This document shows, piece after piece, positions 49,102 to 58,366 of a DNA stretch of 62,697 nucleotides. The number at the start of each line of letters is the position of its first letter. The stretch's first letter is position 1. A program made the translations under genes and the position numbers. The DNA is from a virus. Taxonomy: Duplodnaviria; Caudoviricetes. The notes under the pieces were generated by a model. The model was given only the letters and a program-made list of their open reading frames with translations, was not told where the DNA came from and made no database searches. The stretch spans positions 1-62,697 of IMG/VR virus record IMGVR_UViG_3300034418_005398, one strand, 5' to 3'.

Positions 49102-49491
49102 TCACTTACTCCGTTGTTCACGTACGTTAAAAACCATGTAACTACTAAAATTGACGCCGGGAGGTGGTGCACCTTCCTCCTCTATAAACGCCTTCACCGC
49201 CGTTTTACTGGCGCGCTTCTCCAGCAAATCCCAAGCGTCTTCGCTTTTGATATACTGAAAGAAACTCTCGGGTTCAGCTAGGGTGCACGTATGGTGGGTA
49301 GACCAGTACCCCGTCCCCAGCTGGGTCGGGATCGTCTTGAGTCCCGCCTCGTCAGCCTTCAGCGAAATCCACGCCTCCAGCTTTTTCATAACTTCTTTGC
49401 GTTTACCCACTTCGACCTTCGCGTTGCGATTTATCTCGTCGCACTCTTTGCGTAAGGTCAGGTATTTGTCGATGGCTTTTTCAAAGTCCAT
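49102..49491 (-). CDS. Conserved replication-module protein
   Basis: Coiled coil plus DLLEKR...PPPGVN motif. Lies between the helicase and SSB-like genes. Confidence 0.75.
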   Translation of the reverse strand: MDFEKAIDKYLTLRKECDEINRNAKVEVGKRKEVMKKLEAWISLKADEAGLKTIPTQLGTGYWSTHHTCTLAEPESFFQYIKSEDAWDLLEKRASKTAVKAFIEEEGAPPPGVNFSSYMVFNVREQRSK

Positions 49492-49502
49492 ATCACTATC
49501 TC

Positions 49503-51053
49503 CTAATCATTAACACCACGCACCATACTAAGAAAGTCAGTCAAGACTTTCTGTTTATTTTTGAGCCGGTTATATAACTCAAACTCAAAATTAGTAGCAC
49601 CCAGATGGTAAACAACAGTTTTACCTTCTGTATCTAATCGCCGTATTCTGGCGTTAGCCTGTTCGTACATCTCCAACGAGTATATAGGAGCGTACCATAT
49701 AATACTGCTCGCTTTCGTAAGGGTCAGGCCATGAGCCGCCACCTTGGGGTGAGCCAAGAGTATTTGTATGTTGTCTGTGTGCTGAAACTTATAAAAAATA
49801 TCATCACGTTCAGACTTCTTTACATCACCATTAACCATAGCTACATCTAACTTCTTTTGTTGTAGTAGCTTGTACAACCGTTGTTGTACGCCGCGCAACG
49901 GAACAAAGACAATGCACTTGTCTCCGACCTCCGCGATAATGTCCTCTAACATAGCGATACGGCTGGAGTCATCGAACTCCACGTTCTCACCATCAGAGTT
50001 GTAAGCCACACCACAACACACTTGGAGTAGCTTCTGAAAAAGCACCGCCGCGTTAGCCGCCGATATGTCGGCTCCTGCAATGCAGGCTTCTTCCTGTAGC
50101 TCTTTATACGCCTCTGCCTGCACCTTAGTCAAGGCACATTCGCGGGGTACGTAAACTGTATCAGGCAAATCTTTGCACTCGGCTAGGTCGAATCGTATCG
50201 ACGGCTGTAGCACGGCTTTGCATACGGTTAGCGCTTCGGGCCTTGGTATCCACTTAAACTGAGACACCTTTTGCATGGTCAAGTCTTTGAACGCAGTAAA
50301 ACTGCGAGGCAGGGACTTGCTGTTGACAAGTTTAGCCAAAGCCCACGCGTCCACAGGAGATTGCGCGATTGGCGTGCCGGTCAGCAACCATAGCCAAGGC
50401 GACACCTCGTTCACGTAGTTTGCAAACAGCTTGAAACGGCGAGAACTAGGCGTCTTGAGCGCGGTAGCCTCGTCGTACACCACAAGGTCAAAGTCCCTGA
50501 AGTTATCCGGCATCGTCGTAAAGCCATCGTGGTTGATGATAAAGAACTCGACGCCCTTCTTCTCCAACAACTGCTCGCGCTTCTTCCTTGTGCCCGTTAG
50601 TATTTCAAAGCTGCGGTGCGGCAAATGTTGCATGATCTCCTTACCCCACACAGGTTTGAGCGTAGACAATGGAGATATAATAAGCACTTTTTTAATAACA
50701 TTAGTGGTTAGTAAATAGTCTGCCGCCCACAGCGTACTAATAGTCTTGCCCGTGCCCGGCGCGTTGAGACATAAACCACGCCTGTTTGCTACTAAGAAAG
50801 CAGCAGTTTGGCGCTGATGTTCCATCGCAGAGAATCGAGCAGGCCAGTCGTAGTAATTTAGGATAGGCGCAGGCACGTTTTTGATGCCCATGTTCCTGAG
50901 TACATGAGTTTCCTCGACGCCATGATTCAAAGCAATGTACTCGACGTTCTTCAGCTGAAAGACTTTGGCGTGCGGCACTACCTCTAGCAACCCTTCGTTG
51001 CCGGACTTGGGGAGCACGATCTTTTCTCTGTTGGGCACAACTATAGCGGTCAT
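49503..51053 (-). CDS. SNF2-family (SF2) DNA helicase
   Basis: PGTGKT, VVYDEAT, LTGTP, HGLTLT, QANARIRR. Confidence 0.93.
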   Translation of the reverse strand: MTAIVVPNREKIVLPKSGNEGLLEVVPHAKVFQLKNVEYIALNHGVEETHVLRNMGIKNVPAPILNYYDWPARFSAMEHQRQTAAFLVANRRGLCLNAPGTGKTISTLWAADYLLTTNVIKKVLIISPLSTLKPVWGKEIMQHLPHRSFEILTGTRKKREQLLEKKGVEFFIINHDGFTTMPDNFRDFDLVVYDEATALKTPSSRRFKLFANYVNEVSPWLWLLTGTPIAQSPVDAWALAKLVNSKSLPRSFTAFKDLTMQKVSQFKWIPRPEALTVCKAVLQPSIRFDLAECKDLPDTVYVPRECALTKVQAEAYKELQEEACIAGADISAANAAVLFQKLLQVCCGVAYNSDGENVEFDDSSRIAMLEDIIAEVGDKCIVFVPLRGVQQRLYKLLQQKKLDVAMVNGDVKKSERDDIFYKFQHTDNIQILLAHPKVAAHGLTLTKASSIIWYAPIYSLEMYEQANARIRRLDTEGKTVVYHLGATNFEFELYNRLKNKQKVLTDFLSMVRGVND

Positions 51054-51352
51054 ACGTCCGCGAGTCCTTTTATTACAGCCAGCGAAAGGCGTAAAGCGTC
51101 AAGGTTCTTTTCGTTGATAACAAAGTACAGCCCCTGCGCTTCGCGGATGCTGTTGCCTTGTTTTTTCTGCCAAGCCGACTCTTTGTTAGCTCCAAACTTG
51201 GTCTCAACACCGACGAACTTGCCGTTTATACACGCAACAAAGTCAGGTATTCCTTTTACTCCATAACCTGTTTGTACCGGCATATACCACCACGCACCGA
51301 ACTCGGTTAGTATTTTTTTGACCTCGGCTTTCACATCTTTTTCGTTCTTCAC
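51050..51352 (-). CDS. VRR-NUC domain nuclease/resolvase
   Basis: EKDVK...GIPD...GVETK...Q. GTG start at 51352. Confidence 0.85.
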   Translation of the reverse strand: MKNEKDVKAEVKKILTEFGAWWYMPVQTGYGVKGIPDFVACINGKFVGVETKFGANKESAWQKKQGNSIREAQGLYFVINEKNLDALRLSLAVIKGLADV

Positions 51353-51353
51353 G

Positions 51354-52013
51354 CTATCTCCCGTAAGGGCAAATGTCCCGCGCCGCGCACCACCGGCACA
51401 AACCGCTCGGCTTTGCCTCAAACACCCCTAAGTCTATGGTCTCCTGCGCGTAGTCGAACCTTTGCATCAGGTTGCGCCACATCGGATCAAACATAGACCG
51501 CTTGTACACCATATCTGTAACTTGGTCGAACTTGAGCCACACGAAGGCCGTCTTGACCGTCTTGACCTCGGGAAAGTGCAAGAACACCATACAGGCAAAC
51601 AACTGCAACTGCGTAGGATTGTCTCGCACCTTGCCTGTTTTCCAGTCCAAACAATATGCTGTATCTCCATCAACCACTAACACGTCAGCTATACCACGTA
51701 GCCATACGTCTTTTGCCATCCAATCACACGGCTCTAACTCTGGTGTTACAGCCATTTGGTACTCATACAGGTGTGTACCTTTCTTTTCTAGTAGCCTGTC
51801 TATCAGGCTTTTCCACTTTCTTGTCTCGCGAGTTAAATACTTTTCGTCTCGCGACTTTGCATACATTTCTAGCGCCTCGTGCACTCTAGTGCCGTAGGCC
51901 ATCGCCTCTGATTCTACTACTTGTACATTCTTTGTTACGTATAAGTAGTCGAACTGTTGCGGACAATTTTCAAACGTGCTCAACCTGCTGTAAGACATTG
52001 GAAACTTGGACAT
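51354..52013 (-). CDS. PD-(D/E)XK exonuclease (Cas4/RecB-like)
   Basis: SYSRLSTFENCP, GTRVH, GIAD, LDWKTGK, QLQLFA, CRWC...C. Confidence 0.9.
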   Translation of the reverse strand: MSKFPMSYSRLSTFENCPQQFDYLYVTKNVQVVESEAMAYGTRVHEALEMYAKSRDEKYLTRETRKWKSLIDRLLEKKGTHLYEYQMAVTPELEPCDWMAKDVWLRGIADVLVVDGDTAYCLDWKTGKVRDNPTQLQLFACMVFLHFPEVKTVKTAFVWLKFDQVTDMVYKRSMFDPMWRNLMQRFDYAQETIDLGVFEAKPSGLCRWCAARDICPYGR

Positions 52014-52025
52014 ACTCGACCCCAA

Positions 52026-53861
52026 TCATTTAGCGTCTCCGTACGTTCTGCCGACTTCTACCTCACAATCTAGGGGTATTGACCCCCTACACCACGGCGG
52101 AGCTTCGCGGAGACAAACTTGCATCCATTCTTTGCACTCGTCCACGCGTGCATCAGTGACCACACAAACAGCTTCGTCGTGTACACTGAGGGCCACAGGA
52201 AATCTCCTGTTTATGCGCGCAGTCTGCCACATGACAATATGCCGCGCGGCGTGTTGCGATATGTTTTCTACCACTTTTCCACCGTAAATCTTCTGCTTCT
52301 TACCCGCAGACCAATACTGCCAATCACCCGTGGCATCACGATGCAGGTCGTGGTACACAACCCCCACCGAGTTTGGCATTGAGAACCCGTTATGAGTCGT
52401 CAAAAACCAACCGTTTACATCAACTGACTGTAACACATCTCTGCGCTGAATTGCAGGCAAAATCACATCATTGCAGTGCTTCCACAGCGCAACTACCTTG
52501 TCGTGCCGCGAGCGATACAACCAAACAATGCGCTCTGCTTCGGCCTCTGAGATAACTTGCCCCGCCATCACCCGCACCATTTCTTTAAAACGGGCCGCTC
52601 CAGCGCCATATTGGAGAGAAAGCATGGCTACTTTGCCCACCATGCGCTCTTTTTTATCGTCTTTAACGATATTGCGGTTATACATTTCAGATGCGAAGTC
52701 GCAGTACAAGTCTACGCCCGAGCGTATTTTGTCTACCACGTCTGTTTGTCCAGCCAATGACATCACTACTCGTAACTCGATATTACTAGAGTCGCCAACT
52801 ACAACGGAATTACCCGGCGGCGCACCTACGCACTTGCGTATCTCTGCGCCTGTCCCGCGAGCAGGAATGTTCTGCCAATTCATTTTGTTGCCGCCGGACA
52901 GCCGGCCCGTAGTTTTAGCGCCCCAATGGTTTAAGTGTACGGGCAACGGGCCACGCCTTGCCGCTTCCATCAAACGTAGCGCGCGGGTTTCGTTGATCGT
53001 CGATTTGACACCAAGCCGCGCCGCTACAAGAGACTGTACGTCTGGGTTGGAGTGGTCTAAAAGGTCAGTCAGGTCGCGGTCGTTTTTTGCGAAGGCGTAG
53101 GTCTCTTTGCCCGTCCGCGCGGACATTTTCATGGGTGGGATTACGCCTAAGTTGCGTAGTGCTTCTGCAAACTTGGGGTTGGACATTAGCTCGTCGCGAC
53201 CAATTTGCGCACGCTCTAACAGCGCGTCTTTGTCATCAAGCACGCTGTTATGATAGTTGAGCAGGCGGTTGGCATCGCCTATAAGAGTCGGTTCGGTAAA
53301 CATCCGCGTAGTCATGTCGATAAGATATAGCTCAAGAGCAGGTGTTGTCTCTAACAACTTAGAAGCAATGAGGCTACAAAGCGCGACGTCGTTGCAGCAG
53401 TATTCGGCGTAACGAGCGAGTCCTGCTTCAGTAAAGTCTGCCCTACGCAAGCCCATAGCGGTCTGCACCTCGGTGCCTTTCTGACCTAGCCCCATGTGTT
53501 CGGCTACTTTTGCAAGGGAGTGACGCGCTAGCCAAGGGAAGGCCATGCGAGATAAAGGTACGGTGTCCATCCACAGCTTAGGCTTGAGATCAAAAAGCTG
53601 AGTAGTGATGAAGCCGTCGAAGTGCGCGTTGTGTGCGCAGACAGCGGTGGACGGCCAGTCGATGACGCCCTGCAAAAAGTGCTGGGTATCTGTAAAGGAG
53701 CCGCTAAACCAGATAGGTTCTTTGGATAAACTGGGTTTGACGGAGACGCCTACAACCTCAAACTGGCTAGACATACAGTACTCATCTGTTGTCAGTTTGC
53801 TAAGAGAAAAGTCGCGGTCGTAGTACGTCTCGTAATCAATCGTGGCGAAGTCAGCGATCAA
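52026..53861 (-). CDS. polA: DNA polymerase family A with 3'-5' exonuclease
   Basis: ExoI DYET, ExoII HNAHFD, ExoIII YCCND; TTGRLSG; motif A DSSNIELRV; motif B RMVGKVAMLSLQYG; motif C VHDE. Confidence 0.95.
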   Translation of the reverse strand: MIADFATIDYETYYDRDFSLSKLTTDEYCMSSQFEVVGVSVKPSLSKEPIWFSGSFTDTQHFLQGVIDWPSTAVCAHNAHFDGFITTQLFDLKPKLWMDTVPLSRMAFPWLARHSLAKVAEHMGLGQKGTEVQTAMGLRRADFTEAGLARYAEYCCNDVALCSLIASKLLETTPALELYLIDMTTRMFTEPTLIGDANRLLNYHNSVLDDKDALLERAQIGRDELMSNPKFAEALRNLGVIPPMKMSARTGKETYAFAKNDRDLTDLLDHSNPDVQSLVAARLGVKSTINETRALRLMEAARRGPLPVHLNHWGAKTTGRLSGGNKMNWQNIPARGTGAEIRKCVGAPPGNSVVVGDSSNIELRVVMSLAGQTDVVDKIRSGVDLYCDFASEMYNRNIVKDDKKERMVGKVAMLSLQYGAGAARFKEMVRVMAGQVISEAEAERIVWLYRSRHDKVVALWKHCNDVILPAIQRRDVLQSVDVNGWFLTTHNGFSMPNSVGVVYHDLHRDATGDWQYWSAGKKQKIYGGKVVENISQHAARHIVMWQTARINRRFPVALSVHDEAVCVVTDARVDECKEWMQVCLREAPPWCRGSIPLDCEVEVGRTYGDAK

Positions 53862-53864
53862 GCG

Positions 53865-53978
53865 CTAGCCCTCCACGATAGAGTAGATAGAGATAAGCGC
53901 GCATAACAGGAACAAGGCCGCTACGCCTTCGTGCCCCAATATATCGCGGAGTTTTTCGTAAATTTTGTCCCAATTCAT
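53865..53978 (-). CDS. Small membrane protein (37 aa, below the ORF-track cutoff)
   Basis: Read manually: MNWDKIYEKLRDILGHEGVAALFLLCALISIYSIVEG. Fills the gap with an ATGA overlap. Confidence 0.6.
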   Translation of the reverse strand: MNWDKIYEKLRDILGHEGVAALFLLCALISIYSIVEG

Positions 53979-54217
53979 TTGCCTGCCCCTATGAGTTGCG
54001 CCATTTTCATTTCGGCAAACTTCTGCACTGTAAGATCAGACTTAGCCGCCTCTGCCCAGATAGCGTCGATGTCAGCTATGGGCCAGTCGCTGAGATCAGC
54101 CACCTCGCTCATGCAGTCAATAATGTAGGCGCAGTACGCCTCCCCCGCGTTGCCTGCGGTAGCCGACCTAACCAGCCGGTCTAGCCGCAAGGGTATTTCT
54201 TTTTCTTTCTTAATCAC
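53975..54217 (-). CDS. Hypothetical protein
   Basis: AGGAG RBS. Part of the tightly packed minus-strand operon. Confidence 0.7.
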   Translation of the reverse strand: MIKKEKEIPLRLDRLVRSATAGNAGEAYCAYIIDCMSEVADLSDWPIADIDAIWAEAAKSDLTVQKFAEMKMAQLIGAGK

Positions 54218-54228
54218 TGTTATTCTCC

Positions 54229-54429
54229 TTAATACAAGTAAGGGTCAATGCGCTCAACCACTAGCGGTCTGTCGTGCTCCCGCAAGCGGCTTTCGCGCAC
54301 ATAAGTTAAGTTACTCAACACAAAAACTGGCTCTCGGTAATCCTTGGCTATCGCCTCGGCGCAATGGAGCACTGCGACAATATGCTGTTGCTCGTCCCGC
54401 GTTACCTGCCAGTCACCCATAAGGCCCAA
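54229..54429 (-). CDS. Hypothetical protein
   Basis: Overlap-coupled within the operon. Confidence 0.6.
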   Translation of the reverse strand: MGLMGDWQVTRDEQQHIVAVLHCAEAIAKDYREPVFVLSNLTYVRESRLREHDRPLVVERIDPYLY

Positions 54430-54640
54430 CCCCTCGGGGAATACGCTTCGCCCAGTCAGAGTAGTAGCCGTCTAACAGCATTTTGTCCATAAACTCAAGA
54501 TGCTTTTGCAACAAGTACCGCGCGCGCAGTAGCTCAAACGCCATTGCTTTTTGGTCGTCCGATGACAGCGACTTCCAGTCATACTTGTTAGCAATAAAGG
54601 CTTCTAGCCGTTCTTGAGGAACTGGCGCAAAGTCTTTCAT
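54413..54640 (-). CDS. Hypothetical protein
   Basis: GAGGA RBS and ATGA overlap. Confidence 0.7.
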   Translation of the reverse strand: MKDFAPVPQERLEAFIANKYDWKSLSSDDQKAMAFELLRARYLLQKHLEFMDKMLLDGYYSDWAKRIPRGVGPYG

Positions 54641-54837
54641 GCGGCGTCCTCGCCGTATCCACTGTCGCCTTCCTCAAGCGTGATTAACTCCTCAAGCTCT
54701 GCTCGACAACAATCGCTGAACTGGTATTCAAACTTATGAACACCCTTCTCTCCCCAAAACTCGTATGGCTCTGCGTCTATTTCGTAGACAACGCCACACT
54801 CCTCTTTGCACTTACTGCATATCTGGGTCGTGTACAT
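54637..54837 (-). CDS. Small Cys-rich (Zn-finger-like) protein
   Basis: CSKCKEEC...SDCC. GAGGA RBS. Confidence 0.65.
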   Translation of the reverse strand: MYTTQICSKCKEECGVVYEIDAEPYEFWGEKGVHKFEYQFSDCCRAELEELITLEEGDSGYGEDAA

Positions 54838-55261
54838 GATAATCGTCCTCTAAAAATAAGTTTATTTCTGGGATCGGCACTACCAAAAGTTGTGCGATTT
54901 CTGCACCGTGATACACGGTAAACGGTTTTCGTCCGTGGTTATGTAGGACTACGCGCACCTCACCCGTAAAGGTGGGGCTTATCAGCGTGGGCGCATCCAA
55001 AACTGATACCGAATGTTTCTGAGATAGCCCCTTGCGGGACAGGATCATGCCGGAATAGCCCGTAGGGATGACTACCGACAAACCTGTTGTGACTAACTCG
55101 GTCTGCGTAGGAGATAAACGCAAGGGGTGCCCTAAGTCTGCACAAAGGGTCAGCCCTCGCGAAAAGTCTACTACCTCATCAGGTAAAGTTGCGGACGGCG
55201 AAAGCCTGCGCATCCTAAGCTGAACGGGACGTTTCCCTAAAACTGTCCTCGTTTCGGTCAT
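54812..55261 (-). CDS. Trimeric dUTPase homologue, apparently catalytically inactive
   Basis: Fold residues conserved (LVTTGL, IPTGY, GEVRVVLHNHG, IAQL). Motifs 1-4 degenerate and motif 5 absent. Confidence 0.8.
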   Translation of the reverse strand: MTETRTVLGKRPVQLRMRRLSPSATLPDEVVDFSRGLTLCADLGHPLRLSPTQTELVTTGLSVVIPTGYSGMILSRKGLSQKHSVSVLDAPTLISPTFTGEVRVVLHNHGRKPFTVYHGAEIAQLLVVPIPEINLFLEDDYHVHDPDMQ

Positions 55262-55264
55262 AGG

Positions 55265-55537
55265 TTACTCCACGCGCCAGATACGAACGCCCTCGGCGTG
55301 GTTGTCATACTCGCCTTGAGTGCCAGCGCGGACGATGAACCGGCGGTCGCCGTCCAGCTTACGCTTGGCCCACATGCACGCTCCCAACATGCGGTTACGA
55401 ACCCTATCCATAGGCTCGTCGATGTTTTTAGCGACAAAGAAGGAGTCCCCGATCTGCATGTCCGCAAACGGGTACTTGGGGGTGCGCCCTCTGCTTGTCG
55501 CAGGGACGGGTACATTTGACTCTATTTTATACGTCAT
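55265..55537 (-). CDS. Small putative DNA-binding protein
   Basis: KIESNVPVP...KYPFADMQIGDSFFV...GVRIWR, a recurrent phage family pattern. Confidence 0.7.
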   Translation of the reverse strand: MTYKIESNVPVPATSRGRTPKYPFADMQIGDSFFVAKNIDEPMDRVRNRMLGACMWAKRKLDGDRRFIVRAGTQGEYDNHAEGVRIWRVE

Positions 55538-55832
55538 CAGTAAATGCCTCACTAGTTACAAGAACACAGACGGTCTCGCCGCCGTACATCACATCAAGCT
55601 CTACGCACTCGTCCGCTGAATAGCCAGAGGAACGCACTGCGGAGAACAATTCACTCAAAGTCACGCTGAGTGAATTGACTATTATTACACCCCGTTGCGG
55701 GTCTACGTCAATAGCAACGCGATCTTTATTTATAGGCACCGTCACGTCAATGCCCATTTTTGCGAACCCGTGGCACAGCCTAGACTCAATGCGTTTGAGC
55801 CTAGCTGTTACCTGTTTATCAGTGTTTGTCAT
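55527..55832 (-). CDS. Hypothetical protein
   Basis: RLKRIESRL motif. Overlap-coupled. Confidence 0.7.
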   Translation of the reverse strand: MTNTDKQVTARLKRIESRLCHGFAKMGIDVTVPINKDRVAIDVDPQRGVIIVNSLSVTLSELFSAVRSSGYSADECVELDVMYGGETVCVLVTSEAFTDDV

Positions 55833-56073
55833 CGTCCATTACTCCAAAGTACATATAGGACACAGTAAATAGACGGATGGCCTCGCCGTCAGCACTCTGT
55901 AGGGGCGCGGATTCATCGGGCACTTTGTACCCGATTTCACCGATAAACGTGTCGCTGTTGAACCGTAAATAATTCATTGGCAACACTACCCCAAACAAGT
56001 TGTAAGACTCGACCATCCATATATCGCGGAACGCCTCCGACCACGTTTCTCCTGTCAGCGTAGTCGGTAGCAT
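55819..56073 (-). CDS. Hypothetical protein
   Basis: Abuts the previous stop and fills the operon. Confidence 0.6.
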   Translation of the reverse strand: MLPTTLTGETWSEAFRDIWMVESYNLFGVVLPMNYLRFNSDTFIGEIGYKVPDESAPLQSADGEAIRLFTVSYMYFGVMDDDKH

Positions 56074-56937
56074 TTAGTTGAGTCCCGACAAGGTAGCGGC
56101 GGTCTGCAACGCCGCGATTTCGTCAGAGTTGATCGCCTCGTAATTATCTTGCTCGGCGGGTTTGCGAGGGCCACGCGTCACTTTCTCGCGCACCTTACGC
56201 AAGATATGATCGGGGATAACAGGCTCAAACTGCGGGTACTCTTTCAGTAGCCTGTTGACGCTTGGCACGTTGTTAAGCACTTTCATCAGGCCGGACTCAG
56301 CGGTATGGGCTTTGGCGCGTAAGTCGCCTACCTCATACAACGTGGCTAAATACGCGAGTAGGCTGTTCTGATCGGGACACAGATCGCACGCGCGGATGTG
56401 GTAGCAATAATAGCTATTAGGGGTGTCAGGCGGCAAAACGCAATCGTTCTCGGTTATGCCTAGCGTGTGCACCATATCAGCCAGCGTCGCAAGTCTTACA
56501 GGATTTAAAGCCGTGTCGTGCTCCATTTCAGCTACGTTAATAGGCGCGGCAGGCTCGGCTAACGCGTTAGCCTCTTGGTCGCTGTTTGGCGTCCACGAGA
56601 ACCCGGCCATGTTGATAGTAGATGGCTCGTCAACGTCTGACAAGTTAGCTATAGCTTTGCGCACCGCTTCCTCGTCGGGGTCGGGCACTAACACGTTGAT
56701 GCCTACTTGACTGGATGGTTTCTTGCACCAGCTGGTAGGAACAAGATCACGCAAGTGTGCGTGCTCGCCCCAAGGCGCGACTAACATCGCGCTCAGTGCG
56801 GCTTTGTTTTGCTTGAGCAAGCCGAGAGTCGCTTCTTCAGCCTCATTGACGGCTTTCTGGCAAGCGGGTCGGAATTGGTTGCGCAAGCGAACAGTAAGGT
56901 CGTGGCGCAGAGAGTCAGTGATTCGTACAGTAGTCAT
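56074..56937 (-). CDS. Nmad5-like protein
   Basis: N-terminal TVRITDSL and C-terminal VLNNVPSVNRLLKEYPQFEPVIP resemble Nmad5. AGGAG RBS. Confidence 0.55.
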   Translation of the reverse strand: MTTVRITDSLRHDLTVRLRNQFRPACQKAVNEAEEATLGLLKQNKAALSAMLVAPWGEHAHLRDLVPTSWCKKPSSQVGINVLVPDPDEEAVRKAIANLSDVDEPSTINMAGFSWTPNSDQEANALAEPAAPINVAEMEHDTALNPVRLATLADMVHTLGITENDCVLPPDTPNSYYCYHIRACDLCPDQNSLLAYLATLYEVGDLRAKAHTAESGLMKVLNNVPSVNRLLKEYPQFEPVIPDHILRKVREKVTRGPRKPAEQDNYEAINSDEIAALQTAATLSGLN

Positions 56938-56952
56938 AGTCGTTACTCCTAG

Positions 56953-58182
56953 TTAGTTAAATACAACGTCAGTAATGTCACCGAAGGGCACAGTAGCGTG
57001 GCTGTTGCTATGCACCGCCCAGATGACGGGGTACTCGGGAGCGTGTAGCTCGTCGAGGTCGGGTGTGTACAGGTCAGTAAAGTACACAAGTGCGGCGATG
57101 CGCTCGTCAGCAAGCTCATCGTCAATGTGGTCGAACACGGGCTTGACGCGGGTGCCACCGCCGCCACGCGGGTGCAACTCAACGGTCTCGCCGCGCTCAA
57201 ACCGTTCAACATGCTGTACATGCGTGTCGCAGTACACAACGATAACGCCGTCAGGATTGCAGTCCTCGACAATGGCGTTGATCTCTGCGGCAGTCTGTCT
57301 ACACAACTCGTCCGACATAGAGCCGGAAGTGTCGAAGCCGACAACAAGCCAGCCTAAGCCCTCGCTATGCAGGGACGGAAGCATGAGATTGTATGACGCG
57401 TACTTGCGCTCGGGTCGCGCGTAGCTGTAGTCATCGTGCGCTATCGAAGTCATAACGGGTCGGAGCACATCATCCCACTGAACAACGGGGTCAAGCTCGC
57501 CCTCAAGCAGACGGTCGATAAGCGCAGACTGGTCGCCAGCGGCTTTGGCCATACGTGCGGCAGTCAGAATGGTAGCCTTAACGTCTAACTCGTCAGCCGC
57601 ATTGGGTGCGGGAGCCATATCGCCGTGGCCGTCCCAACCGCCGCCGCCGGTCTCGGCGCTAGGCATAGAGCCGCCGGACGGGTCAGTAGAGCCGGAGTCA
57701 CCGTCACCGTCACCGTCACCGTCACCGTCACCGTCACCGTCACCGTCATCTTCATCGCATAGCTTGCGATACACGGACTCGGCATCGTGGGAGTCGTCAA
57801 CCCAGTCGAGCAACACGCCGCCAGCTGGCATAGTGTAGCCCTTTACTCGTAACATGTAATTGATAACAGCGTCACAAGCGATGTTCCACAGCCGAGGGTT
57901 ACGTTCGTCAAGCCGGAACATGTGCATAAACACGGCGTGCAAAGCCTCGTGCAAGCACACGAACATAAGCTCGTCATCGGTAAGCGGCTCACAGAAGCTG
58001 GCACCGAAGTACAGATTCTTGCCGTCAGTTGACGCAGTACCGTCTACACCGTACTTGCGGGTCATTGCTGTATACACGCTAGCGATAAACGGCTCGCGCA
58101 GGGTCATACGTGCGGACAGCATGTCAACGCGCGATTCTAGCGCGTCAAGGTCATAGCTGGTCTGCGGGGGTAGGATCGTCAT
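56953..58182 (-). CDS. Zincin metallopeptidase-vWA fusion (DUF2201-like)
   Basis: TASTDG, LHEALH, WNIACDAVIN; MIDAS DTSGSM, GGGT, FTDL. Confidence 0.9.
   Translation of the reverse strand: MTILPPQTSYDLDALESRVDMLSARMTLREPFIASVYTAMTRKYGVDGTASTDGKNLYFGASFCEPLTDDELMFVCLHEALHAVFMHMFRLDERNPRLWNIACDAVINYMLRVKGYTMPAGGVLLDWVDDSHDAESVYRKLCDEDDGDGDGDGDGDGDGDGDSGSTDPSGGSMPSAETGGGGWDGHGDMAPAPNAADELDVKATILTAARMAKAAGDQSALIDRLLEGELDPVVQWDDVLRPVMTSIAHDDYSYARPERKYASYNLMLPSLHSEGLGWLVVGFDTSGSMSDELCRQTAAEINAIVEDCNPDGVIVVYCDTHVQHVERFERGETVELHPRGGGGTRVKPVFDHIDDELADERIAALVYFTDLYTPDLDELHAPEYPVIWAVHSNSHATVPFGDITDVVFN
57697..57744. repeat. Hexanucleotide microsatellite (GTCACC) x8
   Basis: Encodes the (DG)8 linker between the peptidase and vWA domains. 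Confidence 0.95.
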
Positions 58183-58366
58183 AGACACCTCCAGTTAGTA
58201 AGTTAAGTTGGTCAACAACATCGTCAGCGCCGGCAAGGTCGAGGGAGTCAACAAACGGCACGCCGTCAGTCTCAAACTCCCACAGAGTTTTGGCTAACTC
58301 GTTAGCCCGTTCCTTGCTGGTCGCCCAGATGGATCGCCCACCGCATGTTACGCGGTAGACAATCAT
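58151..58366 (-). CDS. Hypothetical protein
   Basis: ATGA-coupled to the AAA gene and overlaps the vWA gene start. Confidence 0.7.
   Translation of the reverse strand: MIVYRVTCGGRSIWATSKERANELAKTLWEFETDGVPFVDSLDLAGADDVVDQLNLLTGGVYDDPTPADQL

Noticed and set aside
51354-52013. Cas4 as part of a CRISPR system
   Set aside because: It is a stand-alone PD-(D/E)XK nuclease in a typical phage replication operon.
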